Below, in pieces: positions 25,101-38,492 of a stretch of 64,000 bases of DNA (its first letter is position 1; each line of letters opens with the position of its first letter). This DNA is from Sphaerodactylus townsendi (Eukaryota), in assembly GCF_021028975.2 (NCBI RefSeq), contig NC_059428.1:45322001-45386000 (forward strand). Reading direction: 5' to 3'. Position numbers and translations under genes: made by a program. Under the pieces are notes generated by a model that was not told the origin of the DNA, did no database searches, and was given only the letters and a program-made list of their open reading frames with translations.

Positions 25101-28100
25101 GCAACATTTAGGCCAGATAAAGGCTTAGCTATCTCCAGTAATAGGCTATTGGTCTGAAAATGTTCTGAACCTCACAGTTGCAGAGTGGGCTTACTCCTGG
25201 AGAAATATTTTTATAGGAGACATAGTACTATATTGTGGCAGTCTTCATGGGAAAAAATCACACATGCTTTACTATTAAGCTATGGCCCTCCTCATTTTTT
25301 TTTAACAGGAACTACAAGGGACAAACTGACGTCATGTTATGTCCCCTGCAAGCATGACAAGAAATGCATGGCAAGTAACTGTACCATCTCCCTGCCAAAG
25401 ATAGTTTTTCTGTTTCAAATTCTTTTGGCAGGCAGAGAACCCAACGAGAACTGTACTGCAGTACAGGCAACAAGGTTGCACATGTGATTAATCGGTCTTT
25501 CAAGTTACCAGCACAACCCATACAAGAGCTGGTGTGATGTGGTTTTTTTTAAAAGATTGTGGGCCAGAGAGAAAGGATAAGTTATAGAAAGAGTGGGCAG
25601 ACTACTGAAGCATCTTTTGTGCGGGGGGTGGGGTGGGGGATATGGGAAAGGAGGCAGAAGTACGCTTTTAAAACAGCTAATTTAATGTAACTCAATTTTG
25701 AAGATTCAGGGAATCAGAAAATCAGCCAAGGGGAAAACTGAAACATCTTTCCCAAAGAAATTTGCATTTTAGTGCATTCATAACATTTCTCTAGCTCACT
25801 ATTTAGCCCAGTTGAAATCAATATGTTTGGATTAGCCAGTTCGACATAACTCATCATTTCACTCTGGGCTGTTAAAAATGGTTAATTGTCTTAGAGCTGT
25901 GAGAACTGCAGCTGTTTGGTTTCAGGGATTTAATTATGATAGATGTGGGCATAGCTCCAGAGAACTTGCATTAGCTTTTACATACCAGGCCTTTATATTC
26001 ACCTTGTGGAATCCATTTATAGATAGCACTTGAACTGAGAGCAAAATAGACATATGGGGCAAAACTTTTGTTGAAAGTACCCCTTACCTAATAATAAAGG
26101 TAATTAACGTCCTACATTGTTAATTCACACTTGATCTGTAGCAGTACACATATGCTAGGCTTGTATCTATTTATCAGGCCATCTGGTGGGTTTCACTGTG
26201 CCAAATGTGAATACTACTGACTGGTCTTTCTTAAAAAGGTTCGGGATAAGACAACCACTAACTGCTTTAAGACTCAGACCATTACTTAATTTGGAACTCA
26301 AGTACATGTCTGAGACAGCAAGGGAAGCTCACTATTTATATGCAGTACAATTTTTATGTTTACAAATGCAATGTAGTCCTATAGTTATCCCCACGATCAG
26401 CGCCCAAACTAAATAGTTCCTTAGCATTTATCTAAATGAATGCCAAGGCACAACAGATAGGCTGAAATTCAGTTTTTTTTCACAAACCCTCACCCCGGCT
26501 TTTCCAAGATATCAATGTACTTAAAATATACTCCTGCCTTACAGCCATAATTCATACATTGCTCACATATTATAGAAGTCCCCCCCCCCTTTCTGGCCCA
26601 ATACTTTTACTCTGGACAGCGTATACTGCAAGGGGAATGCAGGCTGTGTGACACCACCCATGCTGACAGATGCTAGTTCTAGATTTCGCATCAAGTTACC
26701 CAGGTTATAGAATATATTAACAAGTGTTTGCTGTTTTCTCTTTTAAAAAAGTATGAAACAGAGTTACAAAACTGAGGCAGACAAGGAACAGAGTCTACAA
26801 AGTTTAAAGCACTTTTTAAAGAACAAGACCAGTGGTGTTTACAAATAAGACTTTCAGACAGACTTTCCATATGTCCCAGCTGTATTTCCTGAAGCCAGTT
26901 TCAGAAAATCCCTATTGCTGTCTCTCCCAGTTCATATCCAAAATACGTTCACCTATTAACAAACAGGGAAGCTTGAAACATATTTAACAAACCTTTCAAC
27001 GGGCAAATCCAAACTCACTTTCTCACAATAAATACCTGAGGCAAGCAAAAGCTGACAATGTTCAACTGAAAACCAATGCCAGTCTTCATCTTGTGTCATA
27101 TTGATGAACAATGGATTACAGAAACCCCAGAATCAACATGGCATTAAAAATGAGAAACACATGCATTTTATAAAATTGTTAGTTCTCATACTTATTAGCA
27201 TTGATAACATGAAGATTAATTTGCTTGGTTAAAAGTCAATAGGAAATAGAATATTGTTAGTCCAGTCCAGTAGGGGGCAGGGCTCCATGAAAAGACGGTG
27301 TGGCAAAGACAGTGCTGCACCGCCTCCAAACTGAAGGAAGTAAATTGAAAAACCCTCCTGCCACCCGAATAGCCCCATGGGTTAAACAGGCTTACACTCT
27401 TTCTGGTGGTGTAAGTCTGCAGCCACAGAGGAGGCCCAGTATAAGCCGACTAAAGTTGGCTCTGCCCCAAGGAATGGACACCACTGCACCGGCATGTTCT
27501 GCCACATTGGCATAACTTCCAAATGGCAGAGTATTCCAGATTTGGGCAGTGAGGAACTGTGCAGTGCCCGCCCACCAGCATCCATGCTCTGCCAGCGTAC
27601 TTGCTACCTAAACCAGCAGGGTGGGCAAATATGCCTGCGCAGACCCATACTGCTTCCCCAAGCTGTTTCGCCCCCTACCATCTGGATTGGGCCCTTAGTC
27701 CCTTAACCAGAGTGGTCTCAACATTTTTGGCACTATTTGAACTGCTTCTAGAAGCTTTCTAAGTAAATACCATTTCATAATTTGAAGTCTGACATTAGAT
27801 ATTACCCAATATTAAAAACCGTGTGTGTGTGTGTGTGTGTGGTTTTTTTAAAATACAGTTCTTTAAAGCCAAAGTAAAGGCCTGTGCAGAGTTTTGCCAT
27901 GTCTCCTGGAAAATGCTGACACCTTGCAAATTCTATTTAGTAAGCTCTAGTAACAGTTTTCCCCTTTATTTCTGAACCGGGTAATATAATATCTCATCCA
28001 CTGACGCTGGAGACTGTTCCACTTTTGGCTGTGACTTTTAGGTTTTTCTTGATATATTAATCTTGCTAGAAATTTGGAAAAGTTTAGAATTCACAGTTAT

Positions 28101-28844
28101 ATCAAGGGATGCCATTTCCATTATAAGGAACATAGCTAGATTTTTTAATTGTATTGCTTTGCCTTTCCAACTGAATTGTATCTATTGTTTTCCCATCGCC
28201 CTGTTTGAGATTCTTCCATCCCTAAACAGTTGGACTTAAACCTCTAGAATAATTTTGCATTATCTTCTGATTTTACCTGACTTTTTCCCCTCGTGGACAG
28301 ATGTGTTGAGTTTGTTAGTCTGGTTAATGAGTATACACAACCAAATAGGCAAACTTCCGATTTTTACTTATTGACAAACATTACTCATCATCTGGTCAAT
28401 TTTTTCTAATAATTGAGTAGCTTCCAGAACACAGCCATATATGAAGGTTTATTACACAACAAGATATAAAAGTGTCAAGCACTAGACATGTGCATTTATG
28501 ACATTAAGACTAATTTTCCTAAGTGATTTAGGTTTATTTATATCATTTATTTGCAACAACTGATAATGCTTCTTCCCAAAGCAGAAGCTCACAGGGTAGT
28601 ATATACAATAAACAACATGTTAAATGTGCTTTAAGAATAAATTTTGATCGGACAATCAGGCAGTCAGAAACAAATTCCTCAAAAATGACAATTGTTTCCT
28701 ATAGGCAACACTCCTCAGACATGATCTATCTTCAAGAAAACAGTCTCTTTGGTTTGTAGAAACAAACTGAGTTCCAGAATTGTGTTCCCAAATGGGAGGG
28801 AATAACTCCAGTATCTCTCTCCAGTACCGCACTCTGGTGGAACA

Positions 28845-28962
28845 TCATGACATTTCATCTCCACTTCCTTCTGAAAATGATTCTAGGTAATCTTTGCATG
28901 CATGTTCTTCCACATAAGTTTCTCTCGCTGTCTCTTCAATATAGTTGAGCTTTTTGGAAACC
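28845..28962 (-). CDS. HJURP: HJURP last coding exon (GVSKKLNYIEE...GDEMS*)
   Basis: Acceptor tttctAG and an open frame to TGA at 28847-28845. A second frame is also open, so the frame choice is inferred. Confidence 0.65.
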
Positions 28963-29179
28963 CTAGAAATGAAAAGAAAATATTCTAGAAACACATGCTG
29001 GAAGAGCTGCAGTAATAATTTTTTAATACATCATTTGTTCATATCTTCTTTAAAGGCAACAATTCCACTCGGCAGACCAAGATCTCTTTTTTTCCTCTTC
29101 AGAACAAAACATTTCCCCTCAGTGTCTCTCTCATACATGCATTGGTGAAAAACTATAGCGTTTCATATCCATTTTTTTT

Positions 29180-29338
29180 TGCTATAAAGTTGCAGCTGAC
29201 TTGTAGTGACCTCATAGGATTTTTCAAAGAAAGAGATATCCAGAAGTAGTTGACTAGTGTCTGCCTCTGTGTAGTAACTCTGATGTTCCTTGGTGGTCTC
29301 CCATCCAAATACTAACTAGGGCTGACCCTGCTTAGCTT
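29180..29338 (-). mobile_element. 5S rRNA-derived SINE fragment
   Basis: Minus strand aagctaagcagggtcagccctagttagtatttggatgggagaccacc matches the 5S internal control region and is followed by a non-5S tail. Confidence 0.7.
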
Positions 29339-29643
29339 TTCTTACAAGAGAGAAATCCATTGTGTATCATATACAAAAAACAGCATAATCAAACACATAA
29401 GCAGAACATCAAAGCTAATAGTTTTAGAGCTATTACTGCTAGAACAAAGTATAAAATCAACTCCAGAGCCTCACCTAATTTAGCTCAAATTCTAGCTGCA
29501 ACCAGAACTACAGTAAATATTATATGCCTTTTGAATCCAGGATCCTTGTTGTTCAGTAATTGCAACTTCAGCTGCAGTAGATTGGCTTGATTGTATACAG
29601 AACAGCAATGATGCCAAAGTAACACTAATTCTTCCATCTAAGT

Positions 29644-29829
29644 CAGTGGTTCTCAACCTTCCTAATGCTGCGACCCTTTAATACAGTTCCTCATGTTGTG
29701 GTGACCCCCAACCCTAACATTTATCCATTTTACAGATGGAGAACACTAATGCAGAGAGTCTTAGGCGACCCCTGTGAAAGGGTCGTTCGACCCCCACAGG
29801 GGTCGTGACCCACAGGTTGAGAACCGCTG
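29644..29829. mobile_element. SPIN-type (URR1-like) hAT MITE
   Basis: TIRs CAGTGGTTCTCAACCT / AGGTTGAGAACCGCTG, 8-bp TSD atctaagt/atctgagt, and SPIN-like subterminal sequence. Confidence 0.9.
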
Positions 29830-30759
29830 ATCTGAGTAAATCAGGTCTTCAATAGTCCCAAGCCATGTGTTTTGGAAAAAAATGTTAATAATTGAGCAAT
29901 CACTAATACTAGTTGCTAGAATGCAATAGCAGGGAAAGGCTGACTTCGTGGAAGTATTTAGATTGCCACTTTGGGAAACAAGATGCTGGATTGTGTGATA
30001 CAGGAAGGCTGATGACTATTTGGCATCAGTTTGATGGTCTCCCCTATTTCCTGCTTTGAAACCAACCTCAAGCTGCCGTGAAGAAAGTCTCAAATAAGGA
30101 GAAGCAACATATAGTCATAAAGGGAAGATATCAGTCCATCTTGGACAAATGTTAACACGCACAACATTCAGATATCAAGAAAAATTGCTGTTGGAATACC
30201 AAGGTATTTATTCAAAATTTGCATGTTAAGATCACCACACTCCCCAAAACAAGCACCTCCTATCCTCACACTGATTTCTACTTCTTTGTTAATGACTCAT
30301 GGCAAACAAACGAACATTATTGAAGTTGAGAGCCAAATTCAGCGATAACACCTCCTTCTGTATGACACTATTACCATAAGAACATAAGAACAAGCCTGCT
30401 GGATCAGACCATCTAGTCCAGCTCTCTGCTACTCGCAGTGGCCCACCAGATGCTTTTGGGAGCTCACATGCAGGATGTGAAAGCAATGGCTCATCCAGCT
30501 TCTTACAGAATGCTGAGTACTTTAACATGTTCACATATCATTTTCATCATGAAACAAGTTTCTTCATTATACTTCCACACGCTCACCCTACTTACCTTCC
30601 CTACCATCTTTTCTACTTTCCACTACTGTGAGACGCTTGGAGAATTTGCCTTGAACTTTCTCCAACATAATGCTTCTACCCAACAACATAAATTTATTCC
30701 TCCTCCTCTACAACAGAAAGCATCAAATGGATTCTAAAATATATTTAGATGTCACTTAC

Positions 30760-30847
30760 CCTCTTGAACAGTTCTGCATTCTTTTGAGAGAATCACAATT
30801 ATGCAACAACTTGGGAATGTATTCATAGTTATCTCCACTTCCAGATT
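30760..30847 (-). CDS. HJURP: HJURP penultimate exon (SGSGDNYEYIPKLLHNCDSLKRMQNCSR)
   Basis: Acceptor cacacAG and donor AGG|GTAAGT, phase 1 to 2. The reading frame is inferred. Confidence 0.7.
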
Positions 30848-32312
30848 CTGTGTGAATAAAAAACTAAGGATTTCAAATGCAATTCCGGTTTGTTCAAAAT
30901 GTTGCAGCCAAGCTACTGTCAACTACTGGATACAAAGACTGTATGTACCCCATACTGCACAATCTGCACAGGCTTCCTACCTATTTCTGGACATAATTCA
31001 TAGTGCTGGTTCTTATCTTCAAGGCCCTAAACAGTTTATGGCTAGATTACGTTATAGATCACCTTCTTCCATACCATCCACACACCAATTAAGATCTTCC
31101 TCACAAGTTCAGCTGAGCATCTGCTTCCAGAGGTGAAGGTACGTGAATCCACTTCCTTCAGAGAGGGCAGCCAGGGTTTTTCAGTGGTAACATTTCACCT
31201 GTGGAACTTCCCCTCTGAAGCTTTCCTGGCCCTTGCAATACTCTCTTTTGGGCATCAGACCAAAACATTGCTTTTTAAGGAGGGGATTCAACCTTTCAAA
31301 CAGTTTTTACACTCTGCTTCTAGCCTGAGGGCCATTTTGCATGGATATATTTAGGCTGCTAAATGTTCTGTGCTGTGTTCATGCTTCAATTGGATTCACT
31401 GACAGGGCTTCTAATGGTTTGTTAATTTTAATTATTGTTATGATTTTTTTTCATATTTGCAAACAGCCTGAAGCAGATCTTAAGAGAGATACCATATACA
31501 TTTTCAAAATTATGGATATGAGAGACAACAAAAAATGCACAGAGAACTAATGTTGGCCAGCTTAAGGTCTCTATAAACAGGATGGCTTAATACCAGTTTA
31601 ACATGAAATCTTACAAATCCATCTTCAAATTTAAACTTAATTTAAACTGGATCCATGACCCTCTGAACAAATATTACACAATTATTTTGCATAAAGTAAT
31701 TACAGAATTGCTTTACATAAAAACAAACTATGAGTAAAAAGACTGATTTTTAAAAATGAAGAATTACAAGCATGGCACGATAAATCATGCATTGTTAGGT
31801 AAAATTCTGAATATTACTGACTGTTGTATCTTAAGGGCTAGTAACGCAAAAGTCTAGCATCCAAAATAAATGTAGTCAAGTCTAATCAGTCAAGCACAGT
31901 CCCTAAGTGATCTCAATGCTAAATGATCTTTGGGGAGTTCGTTCTCCACAGGATCATTTAGCACCAAGATCCCTTAGGTACTACCTATGGCTTAGACAGA
32001 CTACAGTTATTTTTCTGTTAACCAAAACGCATGGCTATACAAGTAACATGCAAATAATTGTTTTGTAAACAACTATTTTGTACTGGCAGGGAAACAAAGA
32101 AACAAGCTCAACCCTAACTCAGTGTATAGTATTCACAACATTTAAGTTACACAAATAAAACCAGCCACGTATTCATTATACACCTTATGGTAATTTGGTT
32201 GGTTTTGTGAATAACAAATGTTTTGTAAACAGCTTCAATACACAATAACTTCATATAGCTAGGACTGTGCTTTTTAACAGGACTTGTATATTGCAGCAAT
32301 CTGTTTAGTTCA

Positions 32313-33547
32313 AACTTTTTGAAAGAACAAGTTGTTGAGAAATGAAAGTGACCTAAACAAACACTGGTGAATATGTATTTTCAGAAACTGTAAGTTTTGT
32401 TTGAGCCAAACAATTAACCAGCTCCCTGTCTTTTTTGTTGGGCTGACTAATTCAACATAGTGAATTAAATCAAAACATTTTTATTTTCAGCATGAACACA
32501 GTAGGTTTTCAAAGATGACAACAGTAATCCAATTTATGGCCATTTTGCTCAAAAGATAAAACTTCAGTACTGATTCATAAACAATACTTACTGTTTGGGC
32601 ATTGGTCCAAAAGCACTGGGTCAAATACCATACTAGAATGGCAAGAAGGATATAACTTCCTATGAAATTGCTGCGATATATTTAAAAGAAGAGATTACTT
32701 GCACGTGTGTTCGTTCCCATATCAAATAGAAATTGTTTCTAGTTTTTTTTAACCTGGTTTTGTGCCAAGGGATAACTATGAACAAGAGTGAAAGAGGGAG
32801 TAAAAAGGAAATATTTTGCCAAGAAAGGTATAAAGTTTGTGTTCTTGTGTGGCTTTAGTGGAAGCCCTTTTGAGTATATATTCATAGGATGACATTGTAT
32901 TCATGGTCTCTGGGTTTGGGGGTATTTGAATTTGCCTTATCCTAAGTGTTGGAAGGAAAAGGCAGGAGGGGAGGCGGACCAGTACCAGTACCATACAGGT
33001 AAAAATTCTGTAGTGAGACAGTGTGGCAGCTAGGTTAAATAAAATATTTTTAGTAGTCATCGTTGTTGATTTCCTTTCAAACTTCAGATGATCAAATGAA
33101 CATCTTAATTATATCCTATTTCAGGGCTACTTTTAAGATGTATCTGTAACCATGAAAGTAACATTGAACTCTATAAATGGAGGCTATGAGACATATCTCC
33201 AAGAAAAATCTGTATTTTTGACTTCTGCTACTAATTAATTACTTAAATATATTAACTTATGCAAAAGTGAAAAGGTTTTCTCTAATAATGCCTGAGGCAT
33301 TAAACAAGATTTTATTTATTTATGTATTTATATTTATTAATTTTGTATACCGCCCACCCACGAAGGGCTCTGGGCAGTTAACATCATATAGATAGAGAAC
33401 TATGTTGAATTAGTCAGCCCGACTAAAAAGACAGGGAGCTGGTTAAATGTTTGGCTCAAACAAAACTTACAGTTTCTGAAAATACAAATTCAACAGTGTT
33501 TGTTTAGGTCACTTTCATTTCTCAACAACTTGTTCTTTCAAAAAGTT
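32313..33547. repeat. 149-bp inverted repeat pair (32313-32461 and 33399-33547)
   Basis: The arms are reverse complements with about 5 mismatches counted by eye. Confidence 0.95.
32592..32775 (-). other. HJURP: Candidate HJURP cassette exon (184 nt) that is frame-disrupting as written
   Basis: Long polypyrimidine acceptor and GTAAGT donor. Entered in phase 1 it reaches TAG at 32662-32660. The flanking exons are phase-compatible without it. Confidence 0.5.
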
Positions 33548-34182
33548 CAAATTCTGTTGAAAAATTCAAACTGAATATTCAGGCTCAGGTTAAAGCACTT
33601 TTTATTTATTTACTATATTTACAATCTGCCTTTCTTAGAGACTTAAAGCAAATTATATCAATTTACCCTGTGCAATCAATGGGAGACGACATCTAATAAG
33701 TAGTCTACAAGGATTTTAGAATCTTTTCAAATATAAAATATATGGACCATGCTACTTCAAAACTACTAAAGATGGAAAATATTAATAAAAACTATTTAAT
33801 TTAGTTTTTCCAGGTTCACTAAATCAATAAAAGGAAAATATTCTGAAATCTTACTGGCCCTCTGTTCAAATCTAGTTTTTCCAAAAGTATGCATCATGTA
33901 CCAGATGATCTAAACCAACAAACAAAAATCTGAATTAGTGACTCTGGAAAAAAGCAGAATACACATTCATAGCTTTTGCCCTAGGAAATAATTTGATGTT
34001 ATCATGTTAACCTTCCTCTGAAATGTATCCAAAATACTTTAAAACTAAAGCCATTCAGATATGACTGGGTTAAGATGACAGAAAAATAATATATATTCTG
34101 TCAAAAACACAGAGGACCATACTTGTTTCATAGAGGATACTCATTGAGCATCAAAAAATAAATATAATCTTGGAAAACCTAC

Positions 34183-34246
34183 CACGTATGTAAGTGCTTG
34201 GCCCGACCAGAAAGGTGCGATTTAAAGAAACACAGAATCCAGAATC
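34183..34246 (-). CDS. HJURP: HJURP exon (DSGFCVSLNRTFLVGPSTYIR)
   Basis: Acceptor ttttcAG and donor GTG|GTAGGT, phase 0 to 1. Confidence 0.7.
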
Positions 34247-34684
34247 CTGAAAATTAAGTGTCAAGCATTAAAAGGATGCATTACTAAAAAGTCAGAAATT
34301 ATTTACATCAGTGTCAGCAAGCTTTTATTCTCTTGTCAGTATTTTTTTTTGCATTTCATATGCAATATCTATGGGAATACATTGTGTATGGGAATATTTT
34401 GCCAGAAGATATAGGAAAAAATAAAATATTACCACCTTCTCCTGAAGCAATTCTATTTAACCACAAGTCAACATATGAATTAAAAAGGAATATTCACTAA
34501 ACTACTAGCAGCCAAGATTCAGTTACTGTGTTTAGAGGGACTAACAGAGGTAAACATGCAAAGGAGTTAAGCCATTGTAGTAGATTAAAACTAAAATAGT
34601 AACTTTGCCAGACACTGAAGGTACACAAGTCTTTAAGGAAGTGTTCAGATTAGAGTAATTATCGTATGATTGTAGTTTACATAC

Positions 34685-36210
34685 CAGTTTTTTTGAAGAC
34701 CAATTGCTTGAGTTAGGAGAGTGCAGTGTGTGAGTCATACCAGATTTATCAAGGTTAATATTCCCCCAGTCTGGTGGTTTCTGGTGTACTCTAGAAGCAA
34801 AGCTTTCGGATATATTTTTTAGTCTTTTTACAGGTGATGACAGAAAATCTTCACTAGAGAAATTTGCTGTTCTTTTAGTTCTGGCAACTGAAGGTAGAGT
34901 TCTAACAGGAGAATTGACTAGGGCATTTACAGTGTGAGACACTTGCACACCTTCATATTTCTTTAATCTTGCAGCTCTTAGAAATGTAGGGATATTTGGA
35001 AATCCTTCTGAATGTGACTTCACATGCATATTTCCAGACTGGCTTTCTTTCTGATGAAACCGCATCCAGTCCGGTTTCAAAAGCTTGTTACCAGACTGTG
35101 TTGGGCTCGGGCACACGTTTGACAACTTAAATGATTTCTGAAACTGTGGGCAACACAGTTCTTTGTACATCTTTTCAAAGGCATCTTCAGATTTCTGCTG
35201 AACTTTGATACGATTATGGTTAACGAGAAACTGTGAAAAAGACCGACTTCGCCGCAGTGAACTAGCTGTAGGGAAAAATTTAATCTCATGATTTTTGAAT
35301 AGCCTACATGGGGATTTCACTGGAGAAGATTTGTCTGCTTGCAAATATGGATTCATGTTACTATTCACATAGAAGTTTAAATATGATGGAGCTTTGACTT
35401 GCATGATCCTTCCTACCCCGCTCTCATCTCTTTCTGTCAGATCAAATGTTGCTCCAGAATCATTCGGGCAACCGGTAGAAAGCTCTTCAAAAGGCTGACT
35501 CTTTCTTGCATAGTCTGAAGATGAAGGTATCCAAGATGAACTTTCAAGATTAAATATTTTTGTTTTAGAAAAATTGTTAGGAAAAATGATAGCCCCAATA
35601 CCATTCTGTCCAACTCTCTCAACAGAGGAATAATCTTCAATATCAGAAGAGTCCATCTCTATTTTATCTGCTTTATGGTATGCAGGAGATGTCACTCTAG
35701 ATTCAGTGAGAAATGTATGCTGCTTTTGACTGTTGCCATATCCCAAAAGTCTACTACTTCCACTATTCTCCATAGGCAATTTACACTTTTCATTTTCTTT
35801 TCTAATTGCTAGGACAGAATTGTGTTTTAATGGCCCAGATTTCCTCACTCTTTCAGTAGCTGCGTTAAACTTGGTTTTCTTCGGTTGCCAATATCCATAT
35901 TCATACCGTTTGCTCTGTGAACGGAAAGAAGTTTTATGGGGAATTTTATTCATAAGTCTGCTAAATGTCTTAACCATTTCTGGATACAAGTCGGCTATTG
36001 TAATATTATTCCAAGAACAATGCTGATCTGCTGACTCATAAGTTTCCAAAAAGCTACTATAGTCCGTTTTTCCATTCTCCCCAAGGGACAGATGTCCAAA
36101 TGCAGTCATTTCATCTGGTGACCCGTTAGTAATACAGCTGCCTAACTGGAGAGACGTAGATTCGGAATGTCCATTTTGTCCTTGCTTTCTTGGGACCACA
36201 GCATGCTGAC
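34685..36210 (-). CDS. HJURP: HJURP large central exon (about 508 codons) with the mid-domain and a C-terminal repeat-like helix
   Basis: Core of the 608-aa ORF. NITIADLYPEMVKTFSRLM resembles human VTISDLYAGMLHSMSRLL, and EDAFEKMYKELC resembles the HJURP C-terminal repeat. Acceptor tggtAG|GTCAG and donor CTG|GTATGT. Confidence 0.93.
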
Positions 36211-37424
36211 CTACCAAATCAAATGAAATATTAGCAACAGTACTTAAAACCACACAGTATTGCCTTATTATTGATCTACCCCAATCAGAATAAAATAAGC
36301 TGTAGCCACTATAGCACAGTAGCAACAATCTTTTGTTCTCCCTTGTTTTATAGGCCTTTTGCATCAAAATTCTTCTGGTGAGAGTCCCCCCCCCCGCCCC
36401 CGCTCAAGGGAGAGGTCTGCGGAAATCACATCCCTCCTCACAGCATTAACAATAGACCCTTCTGCTCACACAATGATTCCTCTTTCAGTGGCAGAGCTGC
36501 AACAGGGCGGGGAGGGCACTGTGCCCCGGCGCGCACCATTGGCATCTCATGGGGTGGAAAATCGCCCCCCGGAATCTCCTCCCCAGGGGAAGGGCGCGGG
36601 CAGGTTGGGGGCAGGGTACGCGGGCAGGTCGTGCCCCGGGCGCAGTTTCCTCTCCCTCCGTCCATTCCTCTGTTCCAATCCAAGAACTAGGCATCGTCAT
36701 TAAACATTTTAACAGATCGTTCTTCTAACTCCAAATCTCTGTGTGTACTCTGATGCCATCAAACACTTTATAAAAATCTGCTATTCACTTCAAGGTCACC
36801 GCTACAAGTGCAGATGTGAGCCCAGAACTTCCCCCATAGTTCTTATAAGGTTGTCACAGATAAAAACATATGTGGATCACGTTAGATTGATCCAGATCTG
36901 TAGATTGAAAGTTTATCCCCCTGCTCTCTTTCTGCATTGACTGATTGCACATTTTGTTAATCATCTAGTAAGAAAAGCCTAACTAAAAACAGATTAAAGG
37001 ACTTCAAGATAAAACTTGAGAAAAATTAGGATATGGTACTTCATTAAAAAGAGCATTTCCGCTCTGAGAAACAAGTCACATTGAAAACCTATTGCTTCTT
37101 TGTCCATGGCCATCTAGTGACCAACAGCTGTAGAGGGGATGCCTGGACGAAGAGGAAGGTCTTTGTCATGTGCCTAAACCCATAAAGGGTAGATGCGCGG
37201 CAAATCTCCGAGGGAAGACTATTCCAGAGCCTGATGGCAATCATGCAAAAAGCCCTTCTGCATGCCGTGGGGCAGTATCACCAGCAATGCCTACCCCTGT
37301 GATCTCAGTGCCCAGGCAGGTACATAAAGGCACAGGCACTCCTTTAGGTAGTTAGAGCTCAAGCTGTTCAGGACTTTGTAAGTCCATGAAAACATCCTGA
37401 ATTGGGCCCAGGGGCAAATTGGGA

Positions 37425-37665
37425 GCTAGTGCAGTTCCTTAAGGAATGGTGTGATTTGTGTCTGGTCAGATGTACTGGCTAACAGCCTAGCTGCTGCATG
37501 CTGCACCCACTCCAACTTCTGATCCATCTTCAAGGGCCACCCCACATAGAGTGCATTGCAATAATCCAATTGGGAGGTTACCCGAGTGTGTAACACTGCG
37601 GCCAGGTTCCCTTTGTCCAAAAACAGGTGGAGCTGATGAACCAGATGGAGCTGCATTGTCAGGCA
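37425..37665 (-). mobile_element. L2 fragment
   Basis: VTSQLDYCNALYVGWPLK...VQHAAARLL...ITPFLKELH. Confidence 0.85.
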
Positions 37666-38492
37666 CAGATTCTTATATAACTCAGTAAGCATAATCATTT
37701 TAAACTATCTGGAATATTATTACTTTAAAACCCACTTGGAGACAGCTTTACTAAACAGTAAAGGGCAATGGGTAACATAAGCATAATCACTGATAAGAGT
37801 CTTAATTTAATCCTTTGGGATTCAGTACAGAGAGAAGAGTAGGCAGGCTGGCTTGCTTGCTTATCCACCTACTCTGAAGCCAGGTATCTAGAGTAGCTTG
37901 CACTTACATGAGAAGTGGGCAACCTTATGCGCAATATGAAACATTGTACCAGGGTATTGCCAAGTAATGAAAGGCTTTTTGTTCAGGCCCTGGCTGAGAA
38001 TACATGGTGTACCCGCTTAGACAACACAGAAAATCCAGTTTAAGTATGGCAACAAGGTAGTACTATTAAACATAGGGCCCTGTGCTCACAATCTCTTTCT
38101 TAAGCAATAGAGGGAAAGGGGACAATTAGACAGCTATGTTCTTGCAAGCATTGACTAGTAACTGGACCAAGGACCAACAGCACATGCTAGTTCAACTAGC
38201 CCTTTCCTATTCTCCCAAGACGTAGGATTAGCCCTATAAGTAAATGAAGCCTCAGATCTAGGTAAATTTAACATCTCTCCAATACACTGTTAGACTCCGT
38301 TTGCTGGGAACCTCTTGTACTAATAGATTTCATCTAATTAGACAGTATATGCTTGACAAGGATTATTGGATCTTCTTGCCAGCAGACATCTGATAGCACA
38401 CACACTAGACAGTGCAAAACTACCTGAAGAAATCAGTCAGTCTATAATAATGGTGGTATAGAATATGAATGATAAATGATGTCACTACCATT

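Noticed and set aside
29290-29338. Functional 5S rRNA gene
   Set aside because: It is partial, diverged and fused to a SINE tail.
34541-36367. 608-aa ORF as a stand-alone single-exon gene
   Set aside because: It is the large internal HJURP exon (36210-34685). Both ends of the ORF run into introns.
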